The notes under the pieces: model-generated | Told to the model about the DNA's origin: nothing | What the model saw: the letters and a program-made list of their open reading frames with translations, nothing else | Database searches by the model: none | From: Macrostomum lignano | Lineage: Eukaryota | NCBI GenBank assembly: GCA_002269645.1 | Contig: NIVC01000027.1 | Coordinates: 868,001-932,000 of the forward strand | DNA length: 64,000 bases | Direction of reading: 5' to 3' | Shown here: one piece after another, positions 11,941 through 25,250 of the stretch | How positions within the stretch are numbered: position 1 is the first letter of the stretch | Layout: the number at the start of each line of letters is the position of its first letter | Position numbers and translations under genes: made by a program

Positions 11941-14900
11941 ATGAACGAGTGCGGCTGTCCTGTCTCCTGCCTGAGCCTTCTCAAAGCCACTCTGTGCAGA
12001 ATTCGCAGCGCCAAGCAGCAAGGAAAAGAGAAAGCAACAACAACAGCAGCAGCAATAGAAGACACCGAATGGCGCAAGCTCAGCATCGCTGAAGCCGGTG
12101 ACTCTGCCGGCTTCGGGATGAATGACAGCCGAGAAGGCGGCGGCGGTGGCGGTGGCTGCTGCTGCTGTCCCTGCTGCTGCAGTCGGCGTCAGCTGAGCTC
12201 AGAGATCGTCTGGGAGCAGTGCTGGTCCCATCACGGCGCCCTGATCCGGAGCCGGCCGATCTACCAGCTGCTGGACCTTCAGGGCGGCGGTCGACTGGTC
12301 GAAGCCTACGAATCAGGCGGGATCGCCGGCGCCAGGGCGCTGATCCTCACCGAGGTGGCGCCGTTTCTCTATAACGGAGGCGCCGGTCGGGAGGTCTCCG
12401 GCGCCGAGCTGATCGCTGGGAGGCTGCGCCAGGTCGGCTTGGCTAGCGATGAGGCAGTGGCGCCTGCTTCTGGGATGGCCGCCGGTGCCACCGGCCCCGC
12501 CGCCACAATTGCCGACTCGTTGCGGTCAAGCAGAACCGCCGTCACCACGGCTGACGAGGTGCTGCAGGATGTCGAAGACTCTGAAGATGTCGACAGCGAA
12601 GCAAGGGTGAGGAATGATAACGATTTTTAAGAATGATGATTTCTAAGAATTGGCATTTTAAAGAATTATTTCCAAGATAGATAATTTCTAAGATGATTTC
12701 TAAGAATGTTGATTTCTAAGAACGATTACTTCTAAGAACGATCATTTCTAAGAAAGAAGACTTTTAAGACTAATGATTTCTAAGAACTGATTTCTTAGAA
12801 TGATGGTTTCTTAGAATAATGATTTCTAAGAATGATGATTTCTAAGAACGATGATTTCTTAGAATGATGATTTCTAAGAACGATGATTTCTTAGAATAAT
12901 GATTTCTAAGAATGATGGATTCTAAGAATAATGATTTCTAAGAATGATGAGTTCTAAAAACGTTGATTTCTACGAATGATGACTTCTAAGAACGATGATT
13001 TCTAAGAATGATGAGTTCTAAGAACGATGATTTCTAAGAATGATGATTTCTAAGAATGATGATTTCTAAGAATAATGATTTCTAAGAATGATTATTTCTA
13101 AGAATGATGATTTATTAGTAATATTTCTAGGAAAATGATTTCAAATAATGATGATGTCTAATAATAATGTCTTCTAAAAAATCGATTTCTAGGAACTATA
13201 TCTATGATGAATGATATTTGAAAATAGTTATTTCTTGTAATGATCATGACTTTAAAGGATTTTTCACGTTCTATAGATTTCTAGGAAAGATTTTTTTAAA
13301 TAAATGCTGACTTTAAACAGGCCAGAATGGGGACATATTCATCTTAAATTATGATTTCTGAAATGCTGATGTTGTATTTTTGTACGGTAATCTTTTAAAA
13401 TAATGAGTAGCTACAGGCAGTTAATTTAAAAAACCATCACTATTATGGTTATTTTTTTGAATAGATTATTTCAGCGTCAAAATATTATTAACTTTTTTGT
13501 TTAAATGCATATTCAATAAAACGAAGCGCTCTTGTCAATTCACTCACTAGGAGCACCGCAAAAACGGAGTTCACCGCAGACAGTCGGTGGCTGCTCAGTC
13601 GGCCGCTACTCACGAAGTCTGCGAACGCCAGCCCCAGCCTCCGCCGCCGCATCCGCCAGTGCTTGAAGAGGAACAGCAGGTGCCTGATTACCTCTACGAC
13701 TGCGTGAGGCCCGTGTACCCCGACAACTCCCGGCACAGAGTCTGCTGGGACATTGAGCAGCGAGGCATGTACGGTGAAACCCTTCTGCACCTGTGCCTTG
13801 TCTGCGACTCGCCTCTGCACAGGCAGCTGGCAAAAGCTCTGCTCAGCGTCTTTCCTAACCTGGCCGTGGACTTCTTCATCGGCTGGGAGTACTTTGGTGA
13901 GACTGGAGATCGATGGGATGCTCGTGAGCTGGGAGTACTTTGGTGAGACTGGAGATCTATGAGATGCTCGTGAGCTGGGAGTACTTTGGTGAGACTGGAG
14001 ATCTATGAGATGCTCGTGAGCTGGGAGTACTTTGGTGAGACTGGAGATCTATGAGATGCTCGTGAGCTGGGAGTACTTTGGTGAGACTGGAGATCTATGA
14101 GATGCTCGTGAGCTGGGAGTACTTTGGTGAGACTGCAGCTCGATGGGATGCTCATGAGCTGGGAGTACTTTGGTGAGACTGGAGATCTATGAGATGCTCA
14201 TGAGCTGGGAGTACTTTGGTGAGACTGCAGCTCGATGGGATGCTCATGAGCTGGGAGTACTTTGGTGAGACTGGAGATCTATGAGATGCTCATGAGCTGG
14301 GAGTACTTTGGTGAGACTGCAGCTCGATGGGATGCTCATGAGCTGGGAGTACTTTGGTGAGACTGGAGATCTATGAGATGCTCATGAGCTGGGAGTACTT
14401 TGGTGAGACTGCAGCTCGATGGGATGCTCATGAGCTGGGAGTACTTTGGTGAGACTGGAGATCTATGAGATGCTCGTGAGCTGGGAGTACTTTGGTGAGA
14501 CTGCAGCTCGATGGGATGCTCATGAGCTGGGAGTACTTTGGTGAGACTGGAGATCTATGGGATGCTCATGAGCTGGGAGTACTTTGGTGAGACTGCAGCT
14601 CGATGGGATGCTCATGAGCTGGGAGTACTTTGGTGAGACTGGAGATCTATGGGATGCTCATGAGCTGGGAGTACTTTGGTGAGACTGGAGATCTATGGGA
14701 TGCTCATGAGCTGGGAGTACTTTGGTGAGACTGGAGATCTATGGGATGCTCATGAGCTGGGAGTACTTTGGTGAGACTGGAGATCTATGGGATGCTCATG
14801 AGCTGGGAGTACTTTGGTGAGACTGGAGATCTATGGGATGCTCATGAGCTGGGAGTACTTTGGTGAGACTGGAGATCTATGAGATGCTCATGAGCTGGGA

Positions 14901-16001
14901 GTACTTTGGTGAGGCTGCAGCTCGATGGGATGCTCATGAGCTGGGAGTACTTTGGTGAGGCTGCAGCTCGATGGGATGCTCATGAGCTGGGAGTACTTTA
15001 GTCAGACAAAGCTGGTAGTGTGATTTTCTGAAGTCTAACAGTCCTTCAAGTATAAAAATAGCCTTCGTATGCAGCGAATAAATTGACGAAGTTTGAGAAC
15101 TCAAACAATGAAAGTCAGATTTGACACAGCTATAGTTCACCCTGAGCAAGAAACAATGGGACGCGACAAAGGGACAGAAGTACAAGAGAAGTTTTTTCTA
15201 ATTCCAAAGTAGTCTACCAGATTTTTATTGCGAGATTTTTTCAGAGAGAGGGTTTAAAGGAAGGCTTTAGAAGATGGGAGATGAAAAGCATTGAATTTTT
15301 GTCAACGAAAGTTTTTATCTTTCTATATAGTAAAAGTACAAGAAAAGTGGAGTTAAACAGCGGGTTACGAGCGTAGATTCTTGAATGATCGAAGTAATAT
15401 GACATCATCAAAAGAATCTGAATAAACCTTGTCACAAATAAAAAACCTAATTGCACAAATCAGGCCACTCATCGCTTCACATGGCCGTCATGAACAAAGA
15501 CCTGGAACTAGTGAAACTCTTGGTTAAATGCGGCGCCGTCATCGACCAGAGGGCTGTTGGAGATTTCTTCAGGCCTGAGGATCAGCGACAAGTTAATAAG
15601 GCTGCTATCACCGACTACCGGGGTGAGTGAATCAATCAATCAATCAAGCAATCAATCAATCAATCAATCGATCAATCAATCAATCAATCAATCCATCAAT
15701 CAAGCAATCAAGCAATCAAGCAATCAAGCAATCAATTAATTAACCAGTTAAGCAATAAATCAATAAGTGATTAAAATCAATCAATCAACCAACCAATCAA
15801 TCAATCAATCAATTCATCATTCAACCAATCCATAATTTCATCAATCAATCAAGCAATCAATCAATCAAGCAATCAAGTAATCAAGCAATCAATCAATCAA
15901 TCAACCAACCAATCAATCAATCAATCAATTCATCATTCAACCAATCCATAATTTCATCAATCAATCAATCAATCAATCAATCAAGCAATCAAGTAATCAA
16001 G

Positions 16002-16053
<52 letters not shown>

Positions 16054-16086
16054 TAACCAATAAATGAATAAATAAATAAATAAATA

Positions 16087-16122
<36 letters not shown>

Positions 16123-16132
16123 CATCGATCAG

Positions 16133-16171
<39 letters not shown>

Positions 16172-16173
16172 AT

Positions 16174-16204
<31 letters not shown>

Positions 16205-16335
16205 TCCATCAATCGAGCAATCAAGCAATCAATTAATTAACCAGTTAAGCAATAAATCAATAAGTGATTAAATCAATCAATCAACCAACCAATCAATCAA
16301 TCAATCAATTCATCACTCAACCAATCCATAATTTC

Positions 16336-16372
<37 letters not shown>

Positions 16373-19300
16373 GCAATCAATCAAGCAATCAAGCAATCAA
16401 TCAATTCATCATTCAACCAATCCATCATTTCATCAATCAATCAATCAATCAATCAATAAAGCAATCAAGCAATCAATCAATCAATAAAGCAATCAAGCAA
16501 TCAATCAAGCAATTAATTAACCAATTAATCAATAAATCAATAAATCAATAAATCAATAAATCAATCAATCAACCAATCAATCAGTCAATCAATCAGCCTC
16601 ACACCTACCCAACCTGCTCAGGTCAAAGCTACCTGGGCGAGTACCCGCTCGCATTTGCATGCTGCGTCGGCAGCGCTGAGATTTATGACTTCCTGCTGAG
16701 CTGCGGCGCCCACCCCGACTCCAAGGACCAGTTCGGCAACAGCGTGCTGCACATGCTGGTTATTCACAACAATACCGTAAGTTGCTGATTAAAGAATTAG
16801 CGACTGGAAGAGAGCAGAGGGAAATTTGTCAATTAGGAGAAGAGGGAAAAAAAGGAAAAGAGGCGAAATAGTGGAAGAGTACAAAGAGGGGAAAATGTGA
16901 AGAGGGCAGAGGGCAGAGGGTAAAGAAGGCAAAGAGGGGATAGCGAGTAAAGAGCGAAAAGAGAGAAAGGAAGGGAAGAGTGCATGGACCTTGACCTAAC
17001 CTTGACAACTACTATTGACGAAAATCTGATGACATTAACCCAATGGAACCGTCACCCGCAGGAGATCTACCGTCTGGCAGTGAAGCACCACAAGAAGCCG
17101 GCCAACCCCAAGCTGACAAACAGCGCTGGCCTGAACCCGATCTCCCTGGCCGCCAAACTCGGTCGCAAAGACGTCTTCAATGAGATCATCGATTTGAGCA
17201 GCTCCGAAATGTGGCGCTTTGCCAACATCACCTGCAAAGTGTATCCACTAACTGGCGTTGACACCATTGGCCAGAGCGGCCGTACCGACTGGAACTCCGC
17301 CTTCATGTACATCATCAACGGGACCACCGACCAGCACCTGGACATGCTTGAGCAGGGCCTCATTAACCAGCTGCTGTACGAGAAGTGGCAGAAATACGCC
17401 AGGGTGAGACACCACTTTCTGCCATTTTGATTTGCTGATTTTGATAACCTGATTAACCTTGGCTCATCCGGAGCTGGGTACCTGTGAGACAGGTGTGTGG
17501 TGACCTATGAGACAGGTGTGTGGTATCTGTGAGACAGATGTGTGGTATCTGTTAGACAGGTGTGTGGTATCTGTGAGACAGGTGTGTGGTATCTGTGAGA
17601 CAGGTGTGTGGTATCTGTGAGACAGATGTGTGGTATCTGTGAGACAGGTGTGTGGTATCTGTGAGACAGGTGTGTGGTACCTGTGAGACAGATGTGTGTA
17701 ACCTGTGAGACAGGTGTGTGGTACCTGTGAGACAGGTGTGCGGTATCTGTGAGACAGGTGTGTGGTACCTGTGAGACAGATGTGTGTAACCTGTGAGACA
17801 GGTGTGTGGTACCTGCGAGACAGGTGTGTGGTACATGTGAGACAGGTGTCTGGTACCTGTGAGACAGGTGTGTGGTACCTGTGAGACAGGTGTCTGGTAC
17901 CTGTGAGACAGGTGTGTGGTACATGTGAGACAGGTGTGTGGTACATGTGAGACAGGTGTCTGGTACCTGTGAGACAGGTGTGTGGTAACTGTGAGACAGG
18001 TGTCTGGTACCTGTGAGACAGGTGTGTGGTACATGTGAGACAGGTGTGTGGTACCTGTGAGACAGGTGTGTGGTACCTGTGAGACAGGTGTCTGGTACCT
18101 GTGAGACAGGTGTGTGGTACCTGTGAGACAGGTGTGCGGTACCTGTGAGACAGGAGTGTGAGCTCACCTGTTGTTATGTTATGTATTTGCAGAAGTACAG
18201 GTTATGGAAATTTATGGTTCTCAAACAAGACAGACACCAGCTGTCACTGATAAAAGTTTCGGACTCATTCGAGCAAGTGACAGATTGGGATGAGCTTACA
18301 AGGCTGAGTGCAGGTGGGGAGCGTTTGAGCTTTCAATCAGCTTCTAATGAAAAAAACTATTGGTAGTTCTGTGTCGAGAAAAAGTTAACAATTTTTCTAT
18401 AAATTTCTGTAGTGTCACTCAAGCTACCGAAATTCATCCTAATACCCTCACCTGTTCTTCATCCATTCTCAGGCCAGATTCCTGCAACGCCTACTGATGC
18501 TGACGATTCACATCATCATCATGAGCGCTGCCATCTATCTGAGACCTCTGAAGTCAAGTAGCGACACTTCAGCGACAAGCAGCTCACTGGAATCTGACAA
18601 TTCCAGTCTGACAACAACAGCCTCGTCTGTGGCGAGCACTACGACAGCAGCCGCTGCCGCTGTTACGGTAATTTCTGTAGCTGTCTAACAGTTTTATTGC
18701 TTATCTAACATCTGTCTGGGTGTCCAACAGGATCTGTGCTAATCTAACATCCTTCTGTAGCTATCTAACATTCTTCTGTAGCTATCTAACAGTTTCTGTC
18801 TTTATCTAACAGTTTCCGTGGTTATTTAACAGTTTCTGTCTTTATCTAATAGTTTCTGTGTTTATGTAATAGTTTCTGTCTTTATTTAACAGTTTCCGTG
18901 CTTATTTAACTAACAGTTTCTGTGTTTATCTAACATCTGTTTGTCTAACAGTTTTTTATCTAACGTCTGTTTTACTTCACCAGAACAGGGTAAATCTTGT
19001 TAAACAAGTACGAGCGTACAACCAAGACTAAATCCGGCTTATATAGACAAACAGTGATCTCATCAATCAATCAAAACTTCCTATCCGCCTCCTGCCCTGT
19101 AGATATCGACACAGGAAGTTTTCCGCTACGTATTCGAGTGCATCACGGTGGTGAACAGCCTGGTCACTCTGTTCATGCACATCGACGAAGTCAGAGAGCA
19201 GGGCGTGCTGGACTTTTTGCGCGGACTGGTGAGTCATCTGACGCTATGTACTTTGCAGTTTTATGGAGTTGACCATGGCTCTACGGGGATCAGGTCGGTG

Positions 19301-22300
19301 CCAGTAGGTGGGTGCTAAAGCCCCAGGTGCTAAAGCCCCAGGTGCTAAAGCCCCAGGTGCTAAAGCCCCAGGTGCTAAAGTCCCAGGTTCTAAAGCCCCT
19401 CTCCAAGGACGTCTCACGCCTATGATTCAACTTTTCAGGGAGACGCGCCGCCAAAGACGTCATTTCTGATTGCCTGCCTGCTGATCTCCCTGGCTCTGCC
19501 GGTGAGGATTATGAGCCTGCTGTGGACCAGCAACCTGGAGACGCTGACTAACGCTGAGGAGACTCTGCTCATTATTGCGGCTCCGTGTGTCTGGATTTAC
19601 CTGCTGTTTTTCGCTGGGTGAGCAATGGATTTTGGGTTTTTTGTGTTTAAGCTGCGACACCCAGACACTGGAGAGCAGAATTCAAGCGGGGCTGTGAGAC
19701 TGCGTACATTGGGAGGGGGATTTAAGCGGGCTTTGAGACTGTGTACATTAGGGGACGAAATTCAGGCGGGGCCGTGAGACAGTGTACATTGGGGGACGGA
19801 ATTCAAGCGGGCCGTGAGACTGTGTGCATTGGGGGACGGAATTCAGGCGATTTCGGGAGACAGTGTACATTGGGAGACAGAATTCAGGCGGGCTGTGAGA
19901 CTGTGTACACTGGGGGAGACGAAATTTAGGCATGAAGGTGCAGTGGCCCAGTGGGGCAAGAATGAGCTGTGCAAAGAAAGAAAAGAGAGTAAATAATTTA
20001 CATCTACGCCTTCAAAACCAATATTTCAGCGGCACTCAACTGAATGGCACTTTCGTCACGATGATCTACAAAATGATCAAAGGCGACATGGCCAGATTCG
20101 GCATCATTTACAGCATCATTCTGGTCTGCTTTGCTCAGAGTGAGTTCATATCGCCATTGCATCGGTCTGGTATTATCAGAAGTTTACCGTGACCGAAGCT
20201 TTGAAAGAAGCCTCGATTTTGGGGCCAGGGGAATCTTGTTAAGTCTCAGATATGGATGGTTAAGCAACTAAGGATCTGGGAGGCTGGCCCAGCAACTGAG
20301 GATCTTTTAAGGCTGGCCCAGCAACTGGAGATCTGGGAGGCTGGCCCAGCAACTGAGGATCTTTTAAGGCTGGCCCAGCAACTGGAGATCTGGGAGGCTG
20401 GCCCAGCAACTGGAGATCTGGGAGGCTGGCCCAGCAACTGAGGATCTGGGAGGCTGGCCCAGCAACTGGAGATCTGGCAGGCTGGCTCAGGAACTGAGGA
20501 TCTGGGAGGCTGGCCCAGCAACTGGGGATCTGGGAGCTGGCAGTGGCCCATTTTTAGAATCTGCTGGACTTCTCCAATGGAATCCTCGCACTGTAACTAC
20601 CAGCGACCCTTAACACTCGAACCCTCTTCGCAGCGTACTACTTCCTGTTCCGAGACATCGACCCGAATGTGTCCAGCGTGCTGTCCTTCAGCCAGCCGCA
20701 CACCACAGTCATGACGCTGCTGCAAATGACTCTCGGCGACTTCAAGGTGAGAAATTCTCAAAAAATGTTCCCACAGTTTTCACCGTGCAAATTCCTACTG
20801 TTACAAAAGCACTGAGACATTCTCTATCCCGTTAAGTTTGCTCCATCAATTTGTTTTCGCGAACGCGCCTCTTCCAGTTCAGCAGGCGATGCAAGGTAAA
20901 CAGATTTCTGCCGTGTTTAACCTGTGCCTGATGCCGCCCTGATCCCGCGATCAGTTCGAGATTGTCGTTAAAACATTTTTGATTGATAAAAATAATCTGT
21001 CCTGTTTTTTGTTTAATTGCCGAAAATTTTTTGGACAGCAGTTTATCTAAGGGCTCTCGGGTGTCGTGACTGTCCTGGGGTCCGATGATTGCTTATCTCA
21101 CCCGAGGTGTGCTGGGGCTTGAATTATTCAGCGAGTCTCTCCCCATCTCTCTCTACTAGCCCTGTGTCTCACGCCTTCTTTGAGAACTTGGAAGGACTCT
21201 GCCGCGCTGCATGGCTGGCTTCAACTAGCTTGACTAAGAAACTTTGGTCAACAGAAACGGCCGCACTCGCTCACTCACTCAGCTGCACCGGCTTCATCAA
21301 TTTTCTGGGGCCCCCTTTCACACTTCCACTGCATTTTCTGTCCCTTTTGTCTTCCTTTTCCTTCACTCTCCTCACATGTCCCCTCTCTCTCATTAGGAGG
21401 CCGCACTCTCGCGGCTCTCACTCTCTACTCACTCTCTCTACTCACCCTCCATTGTCAGGCCCGGCTTTCGCATCGATTCCGTGAATTGAAAACTAATTGA
21501 AGTTGTACTTACTTTTTGGGACAAGAAACTTTATCAATAGTTAGTTAATTGGGGAGGCGGAGTGGCGAGAGTGGTAGAAGGTCACCTCTGATTTTCGATT
21601 CCACGGCCAGGCCACGTTAATCCCTTGCTCAAACATGGGCCAACGCCAAGAGAGCGTGTCTTCGCGCTGGCAAAGCAAGGCAAGCCAAAGCAAGCAGTGC
21701 CCCGTAAAAATATTGAGAATTATAAGCGCACAGCTTAAAGTACATCTGCTAGGCAAAGGACCAGGTGAGCTGGGACTGGGAGGAGAAGAAGGAGAGAAAA
21801 AATTCTGCAGATTCTTGTCCTGCTTAGCTTGAGCTCAAAGCGAGTCCGTGTCTCTCTGTTGCTTTTGAAAGAAAACCGGAGTAGAGTCCTCCCGCTTTTT
21901 GCCAGTCCATTGTCTGCAACTGCATGGGCGCTCATTAACTGGCGCGGACAGTGGGTGGTCGCGGGGCTCTGAGGGACGCAGCGCTGCTGAGGGGAGGGAA
22001 GAAGGGACAGCAGGGCTTTTTGTTGCTATGGCGACAATATAGCTCATAGAATGCAAGTCTGCAGAAATCCATCCGTGCGTTTTTCTACGCACTTCAAGTC
22101 TTTTTTTGACCGTTAAGCCTGCAATAAGAATGCTTTCCCCCTTACATGTTACAGCTAATTAGTGATTAAAAATCATTATATAAGTACATTGATGTACATT
22201 GATGACTCAAATTTCGTAGTTTTGCTTATTTCTAGCGATTTTTGGCGCATTTTTGTATAAATTAAGTGTCTCCCCTGTTTGATACTCAAGTTTAAAGGCT

Positions 22301-24430
22301 ATTGTCATTTTATTTGCTGTTCTAAACTGATTTTGGGGCGTTTAAAAAGTACGTAAATCAATTCATATTCTAAAATATCATATTTGCAAATCAGTCAGCT
22401 ATGAAAGTAAAAATTTTCGTAATTTCAGTACGACGAATTCAACTACACGAACTACACTCCGCTGGCCAAGTTTGTGTTCGCCGCCTTCCTCATTCTGGTG
22501 CCGATTCTGCTGCTGAACATGCTGATCGCCATGATGGGCAACACCTACAATCTGGTGAACTCCAGGTCGCAGAAGGAGTGGATTGCGATGGTGAGAGTTG
22601 TCAAAAAATCTTCTTGAAAGTACACGTGCACTTCTAAGAAAATTCGCGGGAAATATTACGAAACTATACGATCGTTTGTTTCTAAGAAAATCATGATCAT
22701 AAAAACTTCCGATGTTAAATTTTTATACTTCTAAGAAAGTTCACGCGAAAAATGTGAAGTTATAAGAAAAACATTGTTGAGCTGCGTTTTTATATTTCTA
22801 AGAAAATCTGCTGGGAAAAAATATTATGCTAAAAGATCAACGCAGACTGTTGAGTCCATTTATTTCTTTTTTAAGAAGAAAAAACATCATTAGACAATTT
22901 CCGGTGTTGTTTTATATTTCAAAGAAAATTCTAGAAAAAATGACGACGCTAAAAGTATTGTAGATCGTGGAGACCGAATATTTTTCCTAAAGAAAGACAT
23001 CGAAGAAAGACCTATGAGAAGCATGATCGTTGTAGTAAAACTTTCCGGTGTTGAGCTTTTTTCCTGACAGATTTGTACTCATAACTGGTAGAAAATTTAA
23101 TGTGTTAAAATGGTTTTAACGTTAACTTTTCAGTGGGCCAAGATAATTGTCATTCTGGAGCGCAGCTACAGTCCCAAGCAGTTGCTGAAGTTCCAGAGCG
23201 AGTACACGATTCCGGTGCCTGGCAAGGACGGCGAGGTCGGACTCATGACCATCCTGCGGACCAAGAAGACCCTCGCTTTTTTGAGAAGAACAGCGTCGAA
23301 TAACTGGAAGGTCAGCTGGGCAATACTTTACAATCCAGAATCAGCTTACATACAGTGGTTAGATACTTAGATACTAATACGAAGTATTAGTTAGACACTG
23401 CTGAGAGACAGGTTAGATACTAGTCAGATACAGGATAGATACAGGTTAGATACAGGTTAGATACAGGTTAGATACAGGTTAGATACAGGTTAGATACAGG
23501 TTAGATACAGGTTAGATACCGGTTAGATTCCCAGCCATAAAGGCGCAGAATGCGGATGTACAGGTTGACGGGAGGTGCGAGCGTTCTTGGTTGCATCCTC
23601 GCATGCAGCGGCTGATCTGCAGCTGTTCGCACGCAATTCGCAGAACCCGATAAACCGTACGCAAAGTCAACTGACTGAGCGACCTCACCCCAATCCTCTC
23701 CTCGCTACAGCGCTCCTGTCGCAAAGTACTCCAGCTTCTCAGAGACCACCGCGCCTCCGGCAGCACGCGCCCATTTACGTTCGATGGGTCTGAAGAATCC
23801 CTGGACACACTACGTCAGCAGCGAGCACGACTCATCGGCCTGCAGAAGTCCGTTGTTCGAACTCAACGCTACGCTCGAGTGCTGAAAAAAATGGAGACCT
23901 CAGCCATGGACAGTTCGGTCAGTGCGATGCAGCAGGACCTCGAGCAGTCCATCGACGAGATCCTCGAGACCGTGCCGGACGCTGATGGCAGCTCATCGGC
24001 CGCTGACAAACCTCAGCAGCAGCAGCATTCGCTGCCAAAGTTGAGCAACTCAGCCTTTCACATTCTGGCCGCTCAGGACTCGCCCAAGACCATCTCGCTG
24101 AGGTCCATGGTCAAGCGACCGCCACTAGTGAAGCAACTGTCCAGCTTCGATGACGAGAACTCGCTGCTGGAGTCCGTGGACTCGGCCATCTCCGCCTCGG
24201 ATTCGAAACCTGCAGACCGTTCGGACTCGGCCTCGAGCTCCAAGACGTTGATCAGCGGTGGCGGAAAACCGACGGGCGGCGGTGGCGGCGGCGGCGGCGG
24301 CGCTGCTTCTGCGTCGTCTTCAGCAGCAACCAGCAGGTCGCGGCTGGGCCAGGGCGCTGGCGCGGCCACCAAGGCGGCTCTGTCCATCAAAAAGACTTTG
24401 AAGAGAGCGAAATCGCCTGCGAAAAACTGA
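11941..24430 (+). CDS. osm-9: TRPV cation channel, OSM-9/Inactive-like. 13 exons: 11941-12606, 13584-13896, 15464-15622, 16622-16776, 17062-17403, 18473-18667, 19103-19228, 19439-19617, 20030-20139, 20634-20746, 22429-22590, 23134-23310, 23711-24430; 1138 aa
   Basis: All introns are GT-AG with consistent phases (3417 nt). Ankyrin repeats: [43 protein letters not shown]. Linker: AKLGRKDVF...[20 protein letters not shown]...LLYEKWQKY. Six TM segments, pore [15 protein letters not shown]6 [18 protein letters not shown] box region [17 protein letters not shown]. These match the invertebrate OSM-9/Iav clade from memory. The start codon is the least certain part. Confidence 0.9.
12620..13130. repeat. 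Degenerate AT-rich about 15-16 bp repeat (GATTTCTAAGAATGAT) in TRPV intron 1
   Basis: Direct. Confidence 0.9.
13883..15000 (+). repeat. 46-bp minisatellite, 24 full copies, each duplicating the last 14 nt of TRPV exon 2 plus its donor (CTGGGAGTACTTTG|GTGAG)
   Basis: Units at 13883+46n (checked at 14941 and 14987). The first unit overlaps the exon itself. Confidence 0.96.
15628..16596. repeat. (AATC)n-rich microsatellite filling TRPV intron 3
   Basis: Direct. Confidence 0.96.
17480..18155. repeat. 22-bp minisatellite (CCTGTGAGACAGGTGTGTGGTA) in TRPV intron 5
   Basis: Direct; about 30 copies. Confidence 0.95.
19312..19400. repeat. 15-bp repeat (GGTGCTAAAGCCCCA), 5-6 copies, TRPV intron 7
   Basis: Direct. 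Confidence 0.9.
20270..20545. repeat. 28-bp repeat (GGATCTGGGAGGCTGGCCCAGCAACTGA) in TRPV intron 9
   Basis: Direct. Confidence 0.9.
23415..23527. repeat. 11-bp repeat (GATACAGGTTA) in TRPV intron 12
   Basis: Direct. Confidence 0.9.
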
Positions 24431-24479
24431 CTGCCGCGTTGGGTTTTGGAGGGAGCCGGAGTTAGAGGATGGGCGCCAT

Positions 24480-25250
24480 AATAGGTGAGAGTAGCTAGAA
24501 TTAGGTGAGAGTTGCTAGAATTAGGTGAGAGTTGCTAGAATTAGGTGAGAGTTGCTAGAATTAGGTAAGAGAGTCGCTAGAATTAGGTGAGAGTTGCTAG
24601 AATTAGGTAAGAGAGTCGCTAGAATTAGGTGAGAGTTGCTTGAATTAGGTGAGAGTTGCTAGAATTAGGTGAGAGTTGCTAGAATTAGGTAAGAGAGTCG
24701 CTAGAATTAGGTGAGAGTCGCTAGAATTAGGTGAGAGTCGCTAGAATTAGGTGAGAGTCGCTAGAATTAGGTGAGAGTTGCTAGAATTAGGTGAGAGTCG
24801 CTAGAATTAGGTGAGAGTCGCTAGAATTAGGTGAGAGTTGCTAGAATTAGGTGAGAGTCGCTAGAATTAGGTGAGAGTCGCTAGAATTAGGTGAGAGTTG
24901 CTAGAATTAGGTGAGAGTTGCTAGAATTAGGTGAGAGAGTTGCTAGAATTAGGTGAGAGTTGCTAGAATTAGGTGAGAGTTGCTAGAATTAGGTAAGAGA
25001 GTCGCTAGAATTAGGTGAAAGTTGCTAGAATTAGGTGAGAGTTGCTAGAATTAGGTGAGAGTTGCTAGAATTAGGTGAGAGTTGCTAGAATTAGGTGAGA
25101 GAGTCGCTAGAATTAGGTAAGAGAGTCGCTAGAATTAGGTGAGAGTCGCTAGAATTAGGTGAGAGTTGCTAGAATTAGGTGAGAGTTGCTAGAATTAGGT
25201 GAGAGAGTCGCTAGAATTAGGTAAGAGAGTCGCTAGAATTAGGTGAGAGG
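24480..25250. repeat. 20-22 bp minisatellite (CTAGAATTAGGTGAGAGTTG) just downstream of the TRPV stop
   Basis: Direct; about 37 copies. Confidence 0.95.

Noticed and set aside
13580-13583. Alternative acceptor at 13579 (CAG-A-CAG) for TRPV exon 2
   Set aside because: Out of phase with exon 1; only the AG ending at 13583 keeps the frame.
13883-15000. Regular repeats resembling a CRISPR array (also the 54-bp and 23-bp arrays)
   Set aside because: Units are head-to-tail with no unique spacers, there are no cas genes, and the context is eukaryotic.
23530-23710. ORF 23575-23793 as a TRPV coding exon
   Set aside because: It is in a different frame from the terminal exon. The phase-0 acceptor at 23710 joins NNWK to RSCRK and the C-terminal ORF cleanly.
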